From positions 25,847 to 89,846 of IMG/VR virus record IMGVR_UViG_3300034417_000014: a stretch of 64,000 nucleotides of DNA; one strand, given 5' to 3'. A program made the position numbers and the translations under genes. Shown here piece after piece: positions 16,550 to 26,900 of the stretch. The first letter of the stretch is position 1; every line of letters starts with the position of its first letter. Source of the stretch: a virus. The notes beneath the pieces are model-generated. The model made no database searches, had not been told where the DNA came from, and worked only from the letters and a program-made list of their open reading frames with translations.

Positions 16550-18451
16550 TTATTTCTGTTTGGCTTCTAGTGCTGACAACCTTGCGTCAATTTCTTTTAA
16601 GGCTTCAACAATTAATCCAACCATGTTACCGTATGCAACTGACTTGATTCCGTCTTCATTTTCATGAACGGCTTCAGGCAACACTTTCTCAACATCTTGG
16701 GCGATCAAGCCTGTGCCGCGTGTATTAATGTCTGTACGTGTAAATGTTGCTCCAATTAATTGCTTAACTTTATCAACAGCGTCTGTAATTTGAACAATAT
16801 CTGTTTTAAGGCTTCTGTCAGAGAACGCAGTTACGTCACCACGGGCCCAAAAGTTTCCAGAAACATCAGTAGAAATTCTAACCCCAACTGAGGTATCGTA
16901 TAAGCCTACTGCTCCAGCTGGCTGTCCATAAAAATACACTGTCCTGCCTGACATGTTCCAGCCAAGATCCAGTTCGCCACCCGCAGCATTAAAGAACAGC
17001 GAGCCTTGCATTGTGTCGCCTGACTTTCTAACAAACGCTGACGAATCTAATCCATCTAACAAGTCTGCGTCAAGTCCAGAACCAGATCCATCAGAACTTA
17101 AAATCTTGGACATAATGTCACCAGCACTATATGAGCTTGCTGGTAAGAAATATGAACTATCTCTGCCGTCTAACAAGTCTGCGTCAAGTCCAGAACCAGA
17201 TCCCATATATCCCGAATGCCAAACAACTCTTGCTGCACCAGGATAGTTATATGTGAGCTGTGAGCCATTGCCAACTAACTGTAATGGTTGTGATGCAACA
17301 CCAACATACACTCCACCGGAAGAACCAATGTCTAATACAGTTTCATAAGCAGACGACTGGTTTAGCAAGTTAATCGCTTGAGCATTTAATACACCGCCAG
17401 CAGATAATGTTATTGCACCCGTGCTAAGATTCACGTTCATTAACGATCGTGCGCCGCCGCCACGGTATGAGCTGACCAACGACAATGTCTCGCCAGCAAT
17501 ACCAAACTGCGCAGTGTTGTTCAATGCATCTGTAAATCTAACAACAGGTGTTGTGCCAGTACCATTTGAAACAATTAAGTCTTGCCCTTTAGCATAATAC
17601 TTCGTCGCAAGAGTTGATCCAGCTTCAAATATATTTTGTACATACAAGCTCTTATATTCATTAGCAGCAGAACCCAAGTCATACGTTATGTCTGTTGTTG
17701 GAATTAAGTTCTTGTTAATAGTAATGTTGTTTCCACTTACTGACGACAATGCGTTTGTGTTGGTAGTTGTTGCAGTAATTGCAGTAAATGGTGCAGCAGC
17801 TTTACCAAGAGAAACAGTACCTGACGGAACTATACCAACAGCATCCGATTGAAGGATTGCTGTACCTAAAGTAAGTTGTCCAGATATAGTTGAATTTTGA
17901 GAGTACACATTTGACCAAGCATTACTTGTTCGTCCAAGTGTCTGACTAGCAGTTAATGGATAAAATGCTCCGCCAGTAATTGTTGCATCGCCCGTAACAG
18001 CAAGTGCAATTGTGCCGTCTACGTTTGGACTTTCAATTGTAAATATGCCGTGAGTTGCATATAAGTAGTGCCATCTCTTGAGAGATGATCCTAAATCAAC
18101 TGATGCATCTATAGCTGGAATAACAGGAGTGGATACGTTTTGTAAAGATCCACCAACAGGTTGCCAACCAATAAATGACTCTGATGTGATGTCGTTGGCA
18201 TCAACGGGATCAGCACCTTGGTATTGCATTAGTCTATCGTCGTTTGTGTTATACCAAAGTTGACCTTTAATTGCGCCACGTGGAGGAGTTCCAGATGCGA
18301 AATTCTCCAGCAAACGTAAAGAATCCTGTGCAGCATATGCACCATAATTTTTTACGTTTCGACCACGCAACGACAAACTATATGTTTGATCGAGCGTTAA
18401 ATCTGGAACCGCATGTGTTGCTCCGGAAGATCTTTGAATATTATATGTCAT
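16550..18451 (-). CDS. tail fibre protein with C-terminal intramolecular chaperone (peptidase S74-type)
   Basis: GSGSGLDADLLDG twice; C-terminal SDRSLKTDI...GLIAQDVEKVLPEAV...VAYGNMVGLIVEALKE; N-terminal LENF...KGQLW module. Confidence 0.9.
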   Translation of the reverse strand: MTYNIQRSSGATHAVPDLTLDQTYSLSLRGRNVKNYGAYAAQDSLRLLENFASGTPPRGAIKGQLWYNTNDDRLMQYQGADPVDANDITSESFIGWQPVGGSLQNVSTPVIPAIDASVDLGSSLKRWHYLYATHGIFTIESPNVDGTIALAVTGDATITGGAFYPLTASQTLGRTSNAWSNVYSQNSTISGQLTLGTAILQSDAVGIVPSGTVSLGKAAAPFTAITATTTNTNALSSVSGNNITINKNLIPTTDITYDLGSAANEYKSLYVQNIFEAGSTLATKYYAKGQDLIVSNGTGTTPVVRFTDALNNTAQFGIAGETLSLVSSYRGGGARSLMNVNLSTGAITLSAGGVLNAQAINLLNQSSAYETVLDIGSSGGVYVGVASQPLQLVGNGSQLTYNYPGAARVVWHSGYMGSGSGLDADLLDGRDSSYFLPASSYSAGDIMSKILSSDGSGSGLDADLLDGLDSSAFVRKSGDTMQGSLFFNAAGGELDLGWNMSGRTVYFYGQPAGAVGLYDTSVGVRISTDVSGNFWARGDVTAFSDRSLKTDIVQITDAVDKVKQLIGATFTRTDINTRGTGLIAQDVEKVLPEAVHENEDGIKSVAYGNMVGLIVEALKEIDARLSALEAKQK

Positions 18452-18885
18452 TTGTTATCCTGTAGAAAATCTGGTTTCTCTGGTAGTTGCACATCTGGGA
18501 AACCTGGCTCGTTTGTGATGTTTCTTAATTCTTTTCTGTATGATTGCAAGTCTGCAAACTGTGTTGCTGACAAAGTTGTTTTTGCCTTTTCTTCTTTTTC
18601 ATCCCGGTGCCTAGCAACTAAGCCATCAGTTTTTGCTAATAAAATGTCTCTCTGATCTCTTAACACCACTGCTTTCATTTCAGTAGGTAACACAGCTTCT
18701 TTTCTGCCATCTACTAGCACTGCTTCGCCGTCAACAATACTTAATCTTTTATCTTTAGATATTGCTACAATTGCTTCTTGATGAAACTCTTCTGTGATCT
18801 CAACTGCGTCGTCAGGCATCTTGTCAACTGGCGTTATCGCGTCAAGATAAAATCCGTATTGTTCTTCGCTAAAATAGATTTTCAT
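18448..18885 (-). CDS. tail fibre assembly chaperone (Tfa-like)
   Basis: IYFS...GFY start; RD.LL..TD...YRKELR.IT..PGFP.V.LP.KP end. Confidence 0.85.
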   Translation of the reverse strand: MKIYFSEEQYGFYLDAITPVDKMPDDAVEITEEFHQEAIVAISKDKRLSIVDGEAVLVDGRKEAVLPTEMKAVVLRDQRDILLAKTDGLVARHRDEKEEKAKTTLSATQFADLQSYRKELRNITNEPGFPDVQLPEKPDFLQDNK

Positions 18886-20804
18886 TAATTGTATCTTCCT
18901 ATTGCAAACCAGTCGTATGTCGTGTATGTGTTGCCGTTGCCGTTAGATATGGCAAAGTTAGTACCTGTGTGGTACAGTATTCGAATAAAGTTACCTTCGT
19001 TACTATAGTTTTCTCTGTTTGTTAACTGTATGCTATACACCGCAGTAAATGTCCCATTAAATGGTACTGTCTGGTTGTTCGGTCCTGCTGCCAGGTTGTA
19101 GTTTCCCCATTGCATCATCAACCCGCTCGAGAACAAAAGTATTCCATTTTGGGAGATTGAAGAATAGCCGCCACCGCTCCACCAATTAACTAACGAGTCG
19201 ACATAGTCTTTGTTTGTTGCATCTCCAGCGGAAGACGGTTGTCCGAGACCGTTGATCTGAAGCCCCGACATATTTAACGAGCCGGTCATTGTGTCGCCAG
19301 TTTTACTTACTTTTGAGTTCAGTGATCCTGACATTCCAGCAACAGCAGAGTCAACGTATTGCTTCGGAGCTGCATGTAATCCTGCTGATGGGTTTGCGTT
19401 TAGTGTTAGGTACCCACCCATAGTATCGCCAGATGTGTTAATATATCTAGCATCTAGATCACCTAAATGATATCCATCAACAGTATCTGCGTCAAGGCCG
19501 GAACCATGCCCCATCAGGCCGGAGTGCCAAACAGTTTTTAATCCTGCACCATAATCATATCCCAGTGCTGGCACGTTCCCAAGTATCACTGACGATCTCG
19601 ACCCAATACCAAAATACACTTTTCCATCTGGCGCAATTTGTACAACTACTTCGCCCGCTGCATTTGTGTTTGGCTTTAGTCTTAATTTGTTCGTTATTAC
19701 ATCACCATAAGTAACTAAGTCGTTCGAATTAATATCTATGTAAAGCAGCGGCTTAGCTACTCCACCACGATAAGAACCTACTATTCTTGCTGCTTCTCCA
19801 GCAACATCAAAGTACGCTAATGTGTTGTTCACATTGTCTTTTGCGATAAATTGAGGCGAGTCTGAATTGGGTGGACTTGCTTGAAGAACAATATCTCCGG
19901 AAAACGTTGTCGATGGCTGACCTGCTTGAATATATTTAGTTGATAACGGAACACCGTTTTCTACAAAATTATTTGCATATACGTTGTTAAATTTCTTAGC
20001 AGAAGAACCTAAGTCAAATGTTATATTGGTCGATGGAACTAAATTACTTGTTAGTCCACCAGAACCAACAAACAGAGAAGCAGCGTCCACGCTATTGACA
20101 TACAACGATGCAAACCGCTGTGCGTTTTTACCAAGATTAACAATTCCATCTGGAAGGATTGTGTTAGGAACAAATGCGTCCGATGTAAGAGAAACGGGAT
20201 TGGTATTTGCACCCAGTGTTAATAAATTAGTAACCTTTGCAGTGTTTACCCAGACTTCGTTCCACGTCTTATCTGTTTTTCCTAAATTTATTGCATCAGG
20301 GTTAGTTGGGTAAAATGTTCCTGCAGCAATTGTTGCGTCGCCAGTTACTTGAAGTGCAATTGTCCCATCAGTATTTGGGTCTGAGGATGAATTAAATATG
20401 CCGTGTACACCATAAATTCTATGGAACCGTTTTGTTGCACTACCTATGTTTTTTGTTGCATCAGTAGATGGCAACAAGTCTGAAGTGATATTAGTAAAAT
20501 CACTACCAACTGCTTGCCAATGAGTTAATGCAACACTATTGTTGTCATTCGGTCCAACTGGGTCTGCCCCGATGTATTGCATCAATACATTGTTTGCACT
20601 ATTGAACCAAAGCTGGCCTTTAATTGCTCCTCTAGGAGGAACAGTGTTGGAAAAGTTTTCCAAATGTCTCAAATTGTCTTGCGCTACAGACTGGCCGAAG
20701 TTAGTGGAATCTCTTCCAAGCAGGGCGGCAGTGTATGTATAATCAATAACTAAGTCATTGACTACATGCGCAGTTCCATTTGATTTTGTAATATTATACG
20801 GCAT
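18885..20804 (-). CDS. tail fibre / receptor-binding protein
   Basis: GLDADTVDG; GDTMTG repeats; HAAPKQYVD; C-terminal GLMMQWG...WFAIG tip domain. Confidence 0.9.
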   Translation of the reverse strand: MPYNITKSNGTAHVVNDLVIDYTYTAALLGRDSTNFGQSVAQDNLRHLENFSNTVPPRGAIKGQLWFNSANNVLMQYIGADPVGPNDNNSVALTHWQAVGSDFTNITSDLLPSTDATKNIGSATKRFHRIYGVHGIFNSSSDPNTDGTIALQVTGDATIAAGTFYPTNPDAINLGKTDKTWNEVWVNTAKVTNLLTLGANTNPVSLTSDAFVPNTILPDGIVNLGKNAQRFASLYVNSVDAASLFVGSGGLTSNLVPSTNITFDLGSSAKKFNNVYANNFVENGVPLSTKYIQAGQPSTTFSGDIVLQASPPNSDSPQFIAKDNVNNTLAYFDVAGEAARIVGSYRGGVAKPLLYIDINSNDLVTYGDVITNKLRLKPNTNAAGEVVVQIAPDGKVYFGIGSRSSVILGNVPALGYDYGAGLKTVWHSGLMGHGSGLDADTVDGYHLGDLDARYINTSGDTMGGYLTLNANPSAGLHAAPKQYVDSAVAGMSGSLNSKVSKTGDTMTGSLNMSGLQINGLGQPSSAGDATNKDYVDSLVNWWSGGGYSSISQNGILLFSSGLMMQWGNYNLAAGPNNQTVPFNGTFTAVYSIQLTNRENYSNEGNFIRILYHTGTNFAISNGNGNTYTTYDWFAIGRYN

Positions 20805-20812
20805 GTATTATC

Positions 20813-21229
20813 CTATAAAAAATCTGGTTTTGCAGGCAAGTCTACGTTTGGAAAATCCTTATCATCAGTAATGTCTCGCAAGTCTTTTCGATATTGCAAT
20901 AATATTTTAAACTGAGCTTCAGTTAATGTAGTTTTTTCCTTCATGTCTTTCTGATCACGGTGTCTTGCAACTGCGCCGTCTGTTTGTTCTAATAATTTTT
21001 TCCTGGCAGCTTTTATGTCAGATTCTTTAAGATAAGAGTCGGAAAATTTTGGAATTTCTACCAATACTGGCAAAGCGCCAACTCTGTGCTTCAAATCAAA
21101 ACCAGCCTGTTTCTTTATCGTAAAACTTTCCCACTGTGCCTCTGAGATGCTAATTGCATCCTCTGGAATGACAACATGGATGTCTGAGTGATAAAAACCT
21201 CTTGTGGATGGTGCGTAAAAGTATGTCAT
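20813..21229 (-). CDS. tail fibre assembly chaperone (Tfa-like)
   Basis: YFYAPSTRGFY...IPEDAI.IS; paralogous to 18448-18885. Confidence 0.85.
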   Translation of the reverse strand: MTYFYAPSTRGFYHSDIHVVIPEDAISISEAQWESFTIKKQAGFDLKHRVGALPVLVEIPKFSDSYLKESDIKAARKKLLEQTDGAVARHRDQKDMKEKTTLTEAQFKILLQYRKDLRDITDDKDFPNVDLPAKPDFL

Positions 21230-21232
21230 ATT

Positions 21233-23164
21233 TTAATATCCTATTGCCATCCACATAAAGCCGTTGTATGAACCGCCGCTGTCGTAAGTGTGATATAGTT
21301 GTGTATAAAATCCTGTTGCAGACGGCATAGCAGTGTTTGACCCAATACATGCGTTAGTGTCTTGCACTCGAAACAACAATGTTATGTTAAGTGATAGTGT
21401 TTGCGAAGTGAATGCGTAAGGATAAGATGTATACACTACTTGCTCTCCACTTCTGACGTTAGTGTCTTTTCCCCACTGCATAATAAGTCCGTTGCCGAAT
21501 CGTATATACCCGTTGCCACCGGAAGGTGCTGCAATGTCTACAACGCCCCATCCTTTTGAATCAACATAATTTTTATTTGCTGAGTCGTATGGGCCAGCTG
21601 GGTTTGCCATGTTTGCAATCCCATAGCCACCCATGTTTAATGCGCCGGACATTGTGTCGCCTGATCTGTTTACTTTGGAATTTCCAATACCAGCAATAAG
21701 TGCATCTAGATATTGTTTCGGTACTGCATGTAAATTATCAGATGGGTTTGCATTTATTAGTGTTAGGAATCCAGACATTGTGTCGCCAGTAATGTTCACA
21801 TACCTGTTATCTAAATCGCTCAGGTGGTTACCATCAACAGTATCAGCATCAAGCCCGCTGCCGGAGCCCATATTTCCTGTGTGCCAAATTGTTTTTAATC
21901 CTGCACCGTAATCATAATTCAGAGCAGATGCATTGCCGTTTATAACAGTTGATCTAGTAGTATTACCAAAATACACTCTTCCATCGCCAGCAATCTGTGC
22001 AACAGTTTCATTTGTGAGTGAAGGAGTTCTTAATCTTAGTTTCCCTGCAATTATATCACCACTTGCAACATTCGCATCACCAGAGTTAACTTCAACAAAA
22101 AACAGTGTCTTATCAGATGTTGCACCTCGATAAGTTCCCATAATTCTTGCCGCTTCGCCAGCAATATCATAATACACCCTTGTGTTATTTACGTTGTCTC
22201 TTAAGACTAATTGCGGGGAGTCTGAATTTGGCGGTGTCGCCTGGAGAATAATATCACCAGTAAAAGTCGTTGCTGCGAGGCCAGCCTGGATATATTTTGT
22301 AGATAAAGGAACTCCATTTTCTACAAAACCGTTTGCATACACATTGTTAAATTTCTTAGCAGAAGAACCTAAATCATATGCAAGGTTTGTTGATGGAATT
22401 AAATTACTTGTTAGTCCACCTGAGCCAACAAACAAAGACGTAGTGTCTAAATTTGTTGCAAACACTGATGCAAATCGCTGTGCGTTTTTACCAAGATTAA
22501 CAGTTCCATCTGGAAGTATTGTGTTAGGAGAAAATGCGTCTGATGTAAGAGACACAGGGTTAGTGTTAGCTCCCAGCGTTAATAAATTAGTAACTTTTGC
22601 AGTGTTTACCCAAAGTTCATTCCAAACTTTATCTGTTTTTCCGAGGTTCAATGCATCTGTATTTGTTGGATAAAACGTTCCGCTAGTCAGAGTTGCATCA
22701 CCAGTTACTTGAAGCGCAATCGAGCCGTCCGTGTTAGGATCTGACATCGAATTAAATATGCCATGCACGCCGTAAATTTTATGGAAACGCTTTGTTGCGC
22801 TACCTATATTTTTTGTTGCGTCTGTTGCAGGCAATAAATCTGAAGTAATGTTAGTAAAATCACTACCAACTGCTTGCCAGTGTGTTACAGAAGCACTTGA
22901 GTTATCGTTCGGTCCAGTAGGATCATTTCCAATATATTGCATTAACACATTGTTTGCACTATTAAACCAAAGTTGGCCTTTAATTGCTCCTCTGGGAGGA
23001 GTGATATTGGAGAAATTTTCCAAGTGGCGCAAAGCGTCTTGGGCCACTGCTTGTCCAAAATTAGTAGAGTCCCGGCCAAGTAGAGCAGCAGTGTATGTAT
23101 AATCAATAACTAAGTCATTGACTACATGCGCAGTTCCATTTGATTTTGTAATATTATATGGCAT
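21233..23164 (-). CDS. tail fibre / receptor-binding protein, paralog of 18885-20804
   Basis: Near-identical N-terminal half; C-terminal GYIRFGNGLIMQWG...WMAIGY. Confidence 0.9.
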   Translation of the reverse strand: MPYNITKSNGTAHVVNDLVIDYTYTAALLGRDSTNFGQAVAQDALRHLENFSNITPPRGAIKGQLWFNSANNVLMQYIGNDPTGPNDNSSASVTHWQAVGSDFTNITSDLLPATDATKNIGSATKRFHKIYGVHGIFNSMSDPNTDGSIALQVTGDATLTSGTFYPTNTDALNLGKTDKVWNELWVNTAKVTNLLTLGANTNPVSLTSDAFSPNTILPDGTVNLGKNAQRFASVFATNLDTTSLFVGSGGLTSNLIPSTNLAYDLGSSAKKFNNVYANGFVENGVPLSTKYIQAGLAATTFTGDIILQATPPNSDSPQLVLRDNVNNTRVYYDIAGEAARIMGTYRGATSDKTLFFVEVNSGDANVASGDIIAGKLRLRTPSLTNETVAQIAGDGRVYFGNTTRSTVINGNASALNYDYGAGLKTIWHTGNMGSGSGLDADTVDGNHLSDLDNRYVNITGDTMSGFLTLINANPSDNLHAVPKQYLDALIAGIGNSKVNRSGDTMSGALNMGGYGIANMANPAGPYDSANKNYVDSKGWGVVDIAAPSGGNGYIRFGNGLIMQWGKDTNVRSGEQVVYTSYPYAFTSQTLSLNITLLFRVQDTNACIGSNTAMPSATGFYTQLYHTYDSGGSYNGFMWMAIGY

Positions 23165-23171
23165 GACTTCC

Positions 23172-23798
23172 TTAGCTCAATTGGATTCTAATAGTGTAAT
23201 CAATTTCTAAAATTCTATTTGCCGACTTCTGTATTGGGTGGAAAATTACATGCGTTATCATCAGTACATCTGAGCTATTTGTTAAGCTACCTACAATGCC
23301 AGCTGGGCCAGTGTACAGTGCAATCTCATCAAATACAGCCGAGCCGTTTGCTGTAGAAGTATTGCCTTCAATTTCCACGTTAGCTGCTCGGTCAATACTG
23401 TCTTGTACTAAGCCAGTCTCGATGAAATCCAATGTAACAGTTGTTTTAATATCTGTGAAGTTTGAACTTCCGATAATTGGAACAACAGTATTCCCAGGGG
23501 ATTGGTTAATCTCCTTCTTGTAGGTCTCATTATATAGAGAGGAACTAGGATCTCGGAACAAAGACACTTGCGGTTCACGATACAAAATTTCACCATTTTG
23601 TGAAATCCTAGTACCCCCGTTTCCAAATGCCATGTAACGAATGTGTCCATTCTCTAGCCCAGACAATGCTTGAGCAATAGACGATGCTAAATTACCAAAG
23701 TGAATGGCATTTGTAACATCTCTCAATACTTCGCCAGTTTCCTTGTCTCTAATTTTGACAAGTCCGACTACTGTGTAATTTGCATCTTCCCCAAACAT
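23172..23798 (-). CDS. virion structural (baseplate/fibre attachment) protein
   Basis: NAIHFGN, MAFGNGG, FDEIAL and THVIFHPIQKSANR..IDYTIRI motifs typical of jumbo T4-like baseplate proteins. Confidence 0.75.
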   Translation of the reverse strand: MFGEDANYTVVGLVKIRDKETGEVLRDVTNAIHFGNLASSIAQALSGLENGHIRYMAFGNGGTRISQNGEILYREPQVSLFRDPSSSLYNETYKKEINQSPGNTVVPIIGSSNFTDIKTTVTLDFIETGLVQDSIDRAANVEIEGNTSTANGSAVFDEIALYTGPAGIVGSLTNSSDVLMITHVIFHPIQKSANRILEIDYTIRIQLS

Positions 23799-23800
23799 TG

Positions 23801-23932
23801 TTATCCTCTTTTATTCAATAAAATTTTGTCTTCGCCTTTTACACGAATAAGTATATGGGCTTCAGCGTGGACAGTAACTTGCTCGTCCACGCATTCCTCT
23901 TTTTTGTTTGTTTCTGTGTTATTTTCTTCCAT
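23801..23932 (-). CDS. 43 aa late protein (MEENNTETN...LLNKRG), absent from the ORF track
   Basis: Directly downstream of a late promoter; HILIRVKG..ILLNKRG echoes the N-terminus of the next gene. Confidence 0.6.
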   Translation of the reverse strand: MEENNTETNKKEECVDEQVTVHAEAHILIRVKGEDKILLNKRG

Positions 23933-23937
23933 ATCCA

Positions 23938-23945
23938 TATTTATC
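23938..23945 (-). promoter_or_regulatory. gp55-type late promoter GATAAATA
   Basis: Same motif at 39528(-), 44464(-), 48247(+), 49794(+, GCTAAATA), 50346(-), 50422(+), 52908(+), 52928(-), 57094(+), 57391(+), 61411(+) and 63763(+), at or near gene boundaries; resembles T4 TATAAATA. Confidence 0.8.
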
Positions 23946-23971
23946 ACAAAAATTAACCACTGTTTTAAATG

Positions 23972-26900
23972 TTAGACATTTACTCCAGTTCCTGGTCTGT
24001 CTCTTAAAAATTCAGCTTGTTGTGTAGTAGACATCGCTAAACCGCCAATTGAATTTTCCCAGAATGGAACATCTGCATTTGGAACAAACTGTAAATTATC
24101 ACCAGATGTAACTTTTTTACCTATTGGATATGTAGTGTTTGCAGTTCCGTTTGGATTTCTAGTTGCCGCAATACTTGTTCCGCCAGTGTGTCTAAGAACA
24201 CCTTTTAATATATCTTTAGTGTATTCAACAGGTATCTCTTGTGTAGGATCAGTTGGGTTTGTTTCATATCTAATTACAGATGCGTCGTATTGTATTGCAA
24301 CATATGTAATTCTTTCTCCACCAATCCACACAACTCCTGGATGTCCCATTGTTGGTTTCGGCAACAATGACGCATCCTCAACACAAATCTCCTGCGAGTC
24401 TTCTTCCAATTTTAAGAACAAGTATGTAGAATCCTCGTCACCAATTCTAGTAAATGTTTTTGTGTCTTGTTCAGTAAGGTGCATTTTGAAACTTACTGGA
24501 GACAACTCATACTCTACAAGAATTTTTTGAGACATATTTGGATCCGAATCTTGCACTTGCATGTGATGCTGTGCGTTAAATATCACCATATTTGAATTGT
24601 TAAATATTTTAGTGAACTCAGGTGTGTCATAATTTACATCCATTGTCTGGCCTGCGCCCAACGGTGTTGCTAATACAATCGCTGTAGTTTTATTAGGATA
24701 CACTGCAAGAGTATATTCTACACCAAAGGTATACGTCGTTAATTTCCCATTGACGAATATGCTTATTATGGAATCAGGCACAATGGCAACTGTTGTTAAG
24801 AACGTAGTTTCTGATCCATCGCCAACGAATGAATCCTGTGTTGCCATAGGAGTTTTTGGATAAAACCCTTGCATATACCCGCGATATCTATTCTTCAACG
24901 AAGTTCTTTCATAAGAAGGATTCGTTTGCGCTGCCAAATATGTTAATGTTGGCGTAACAACATAATCCCCTCCAGTGCCAGTATCTTTATTTTGGAATAT
25001 AAAATTAGACACGCCTGTAGTAGTATCGTTCACAACATAAATGCGAACATCTGACAAGCTGGATGGCAATAAGTATTTGCTCTTGTGTTCTTCTGGGGTT
25101 CCGCTGTAGTATGGAAAAATTAACCCAACATCGTTGTCATCCATCCCAGTATAGTTATCCCATTCTTCTCCGTCCCAGCCCGCTTCGTCATCAACAACTG
25201 CTATTGGTTTGCCGTCAACGAATACTACTTGATTAGTAGTGTTTCCGTCATAATGTCTCGCATCGTCAGCACCGTAATATTGTCTTAGTGCGCCAATTCT
25301 ATAAGATACAACAATTGTTGAATCATCAACAGGCACTTCTACAAACGAAAGTACATATTTTCCATCGGCCGACACATTTAAAATCCACTGTGTTGTGCCA
25401 GTTGCATCTTTTTGTGGAATCACAACACCGTCCACAGTAACATGGTCAAGTGACACACCTTGTCCCAAATTTTGCACTAGTACAAATTCAAATTTGACAC
25501 CATCACCAAAGAAAGACTCATTTATTTTTCTTCCATTTGTGTCCACAGTTACAACTACGTTTTCGGAAGTTCTGTAAACTGCAAGTTCATCGGTCATGCC
25601 AATATCGCTTGGAGTAGGAACAAATACACTTCCGTCTAATACATCATTTTCTAACTGAACTTCAAAGTTGTGATCAGTAGTGTAGTGATATTTTATTAAC
25701 ACCGTGTTTCCATATGCAGGTGTAGTTGCTAGAGTAACGTATGTGTACCCTGGTCTTACAGAAGTTGTTGTGCTGACTGCTGCGCCATTGATAGTTGCAG
25801 AATCTACTTCGATCACATCATTGAATCTGTAAGTTGATGTTTCTCCATTAGCAATATTTGTAAAGTCTAAGATTGTTTCTGGACCAACAGATGTCACAAT
25901 GCGAGGAGTTACAATTCTTCTGTCCCATCCTGCAGATGACCATGGCTCTGTATCCCAACCAATAGAAGACAAATACTCAAACCGCTCAGCATCAATAATT
26001 TTTCCGCCGAACATTGCATTGTACTCTACTGAATACTCATAATTAAATGTTTGCAAATCCGCTAACTCTGCAACTGTTGCAGAATTTATTCCTTGTACTG
26101 TTGCGTATGAGGAATAGTTTATTGTGTTGCCTGTCGGGGCAAACGATAGCAAGTTAGTTGTGAGGTCAGTCCTAATGTGCAAATAGCTGTTTGCTGCACC
26201 AGAGTACACTGTAAACTGAGTAACTTTCTCAGGATCTGAAATTATAGATACGCCAGGAACATTCCAGCCGTACGTGTCCCAAGGTGAGCCGCCCCATCCT
26301 GTTTTTGGTGTTCCAGTATGTGCCAAGTCAATATCATAATTAACCACTTTAATATCAGCAGGGTTTGTAATCTTCATATTTACTGAAGTAAATCTTTGCC
26401 CTGTTGAATTATATTGCAATCTCATTTCTTCAAGTGCAGTGTGGGTAAAATTAACACCGGACACAACAGTGATGTTGTTAGACCCGAACGGCGGAATAAC
26501 ATCGAATATCACAATCAATTTTCCAGTTGTGGCATCTTCGTCAGTGTAATATTCATCTCTATCTAATAGACGACCGTTAACATATGCTTTCCACACACTA
26601 GTGATGTCATCAAATACAAACGAATTATTTACTCCGTCTCCAGATTTTGTCTCATCACCAAAGTAAACAAACATGCTCTTATCTACAAAGCCTGGCTGAA
26701 CACTATCGCGTATCACGTATGTGCTGTAATATCTTGGGACATCTTTAGGCGGATATGCAGGATTCAATACTGCATGTGTATATCCATCGGAATCAGTTGT
26801 GTATGCTAACGAGTCCATATCCCATGCTGTGCCAGTTGCATAATCTATCGGCAACGAGTATGAAACACTGTAGTCTCTAATTTTAGTCTGATATGGTTTA

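Noticed and set aside
16550-23164. Diversity-generating retroelement or invertible shufflon acting on the tail fibres
   Set aside because: No reverse transcriptase or invertase, no adenine-specific TR/VR pair, and all fibre genes share one orientation
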